From Burkholderiales bacterium (lineage in GTDB: Bacteria > Pseudomonadota > Gammaproteobacteria > Burkholderiales > SG8-41): a stretch of 64,000 bases of DNA. How positions within the stretch are numbered: position 1 is the stretch's first letter; each line of letters opens with the position of its first letter. Position numbers and translations under genes: made by a program. A model generated the notes under the pieces. It was not told the DNA's origin, searched no databases, and saw nothing but the letters and a program-made list of their open reading frames with translations. Shown one piece after another: positions 63,310-64,000 of the stretch. The stretch spans positions 73,144 through 137,143 of the forward strand of contig JAIETP010000008.1 of assembly GCA_019744975.1 (NCBI GenBank). Reading direction: 5' to 3'.

Positions 63310-64000
63310 GTGAATGTACTTCTGACATTTACGGGATTTCAAGACCCGTATTCCAAAAGTCTCCAGTCTGAAAATGATCAGACCGGGCCGATCCTGTCCT
63401 TGCTTGCGGTCCGGGAGTTTGATCGTGTTGTTCTGTTTTCCACTCCCAACACGATCGAACAATCCGCGCAGACCATGGCTGCGATTCAGGAGCGCCATCC
63501 CTCCGTGGAGGTTGAAGTAGGTCATGTTGAACTGACTGATCCCACCGATTATCTGGAAATCCTGCGCGGGCTGCGCCGGGTTATTGGTGCGCTTGATCTT
63601 GGCGCAGGCTCGGATGTCTATGTCTCGGTCGCATCCGGCACCCCGCAAATGCATGCCGTGTGGATATTGCTGGTGACCAGCGGGGAAGTGCCGGCACGCA
63701 TTCTGCACGTGCGACCATTGCGATTCGTGTCCAAGGACAGGCCTGTCGTGTCGGAAGTGGATCTCGGCGGCACAGAGTTCCCTGATGTGCAACTGAGGAT
63801 CGTGTCCCAGTCAGAAGTGCCTGAGTACCAGACCGCAGTGGATACCGCTGAAGTGACCCGGGAGATTGGAATCGTCGGCGATCATCCCGCTCTGCTCAAG
63901 GCTGTTGATGCGGTTGTGGCCCTGGCCGGTTCGGATGCCCCGGTACTGATTCTTGGAGAGACCGGAACAGGAAAAGAACTGTTTGCAAAAATGGTTCACC
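63310..64000 (+). CDS. sigma-54-dependent transcriptional activator with N-terminal RtcR/CARF-like domain; 3' end cut by window edge
   Basis: Own translation from GTG 63310 (the frame is closed by TGA at 63289): VNVLLTFTGFQDPYSKSLQSENDQTGPILS...VSVASGTPQMHAVWILLVTSG...IGIVGDHPALLKAVDAVVALAGSDAPVLILGETGTGKELFAKMVH. Compare E. coli RtcR motifs GFVGTVLD and ITTGTHVAQICWFLL. An AAA+ Walker A is present. It is missing from the ORF track because it runs off the edge. Confidence 0.75.
   Translation, partial: MNVLLTFTGFQDPYSKSLQSENDQTGPILSLLAVREFDRVVLFSTPNTIEQSAQTMAAIQERHPSVEVEVGHVELTDPTDYLEILRGLRRVIGALDLGAGSDVYVSVASGTPQMHAVWILLVTSGEVPARILHVRPLRFVSKDRPVVSEVDLGGTEFPDVQLRIVSQSEVPEYQTAVDTAEVTREIGIVGDHPALLKAVDAVVALAGSDAPVLILGETGTGKELFAKMVH

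Noticed and set aside
63227-63313. 28-aa ORF (MAKYMIRHGISRNFTVSIWPYEEGHTSL) just upstream of the RtcR-like gene.
   Set aside because: It is too short, and there is no recognisable motif or clear ribosome-binding site. It could be a leader peptide, but there is no support for that.
63298-63999. Minus-strand ORFs 63298..63792 and 63811..63999.
   Set aside because: They are antisense to the + strand frame that encodes a recognisable CARF-like domain plus a sigma-54 AAA+ Walker A. The + frame is preferred.
1-64000. Sigma-54 promoters (TGGCAC-N5-TTGC) that the RtcR-like activator might use.
   Set aside because: I scanned the TGGCAC occurrences by eye (for example near 5460, 21146, 26118, 50756 and 51788). 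None has the TTGC element at the right spacing, and all are intragenic. The target promoter is presumably beyond the window.

Overview
High-GC (about 62-64% by eye) chromosomal segment. The gene content looks betaproteobacterial: four orphan Bug/TctC receptors, thyA-folA, metG divergent from mrp/apbC, dnaE, typA and aroC. I support about 62 protein-coding genes. There is no complete tRNA or rRNA gene and no CRISPR array. Most of the window is core metabolism and transport: a CoxG/M/L/S-type molybdenum hydroxylase with a UbiD decarboxylase, an Mla/Mce-type ABC system, a peptide-type ABC importer, gltIJKL, SulP and a Lys/Orn/Arg decarboxylase. I cannot demonstrate a novel system from sequence alone.

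The stretches that most deserve a second look are listed below.
1. An IVS-like four-helix-bundle gene cassette sits between thyA and folA. It is flanked by 16-nt inverted repeats and is translationally coupled to folA.
2. A 174-bp nested palindrome with TACAGGATG tandem 9-mers splits the coxL and coxS genes.
3. A low-GC recombination scar at 19.96-21.3 kb contains a tRNA 3'-end-like fragment, a YecR-like lipoprotein, a degraded dppC 3' copy and hicBA. It lies downstream of an ABC importer that has no ATPase genes.
4. A tightly packed membrane signalling triad consists of a class III cyclase-PEGA protein, a TPR lipoprotein and a tail-anchored Hanks kinase.
5. Two tandem PaaK-like adenylating paralogs have no obvious partner genes.
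6. A roughly 540-bp low-GC patch lies inside metG.
7. A CARF/RtcR-like sigma-54 activator is cut by the window end, next to a pRiA4b-ORF3 protein.
8. A recurrent AT-rich intergenic motif (TTGATTTTAWWG core) occurs at eight or more gene boundaries.

Many long ORFs in the track are antisense shadows typical of high-GC DNA, and I rejected them.
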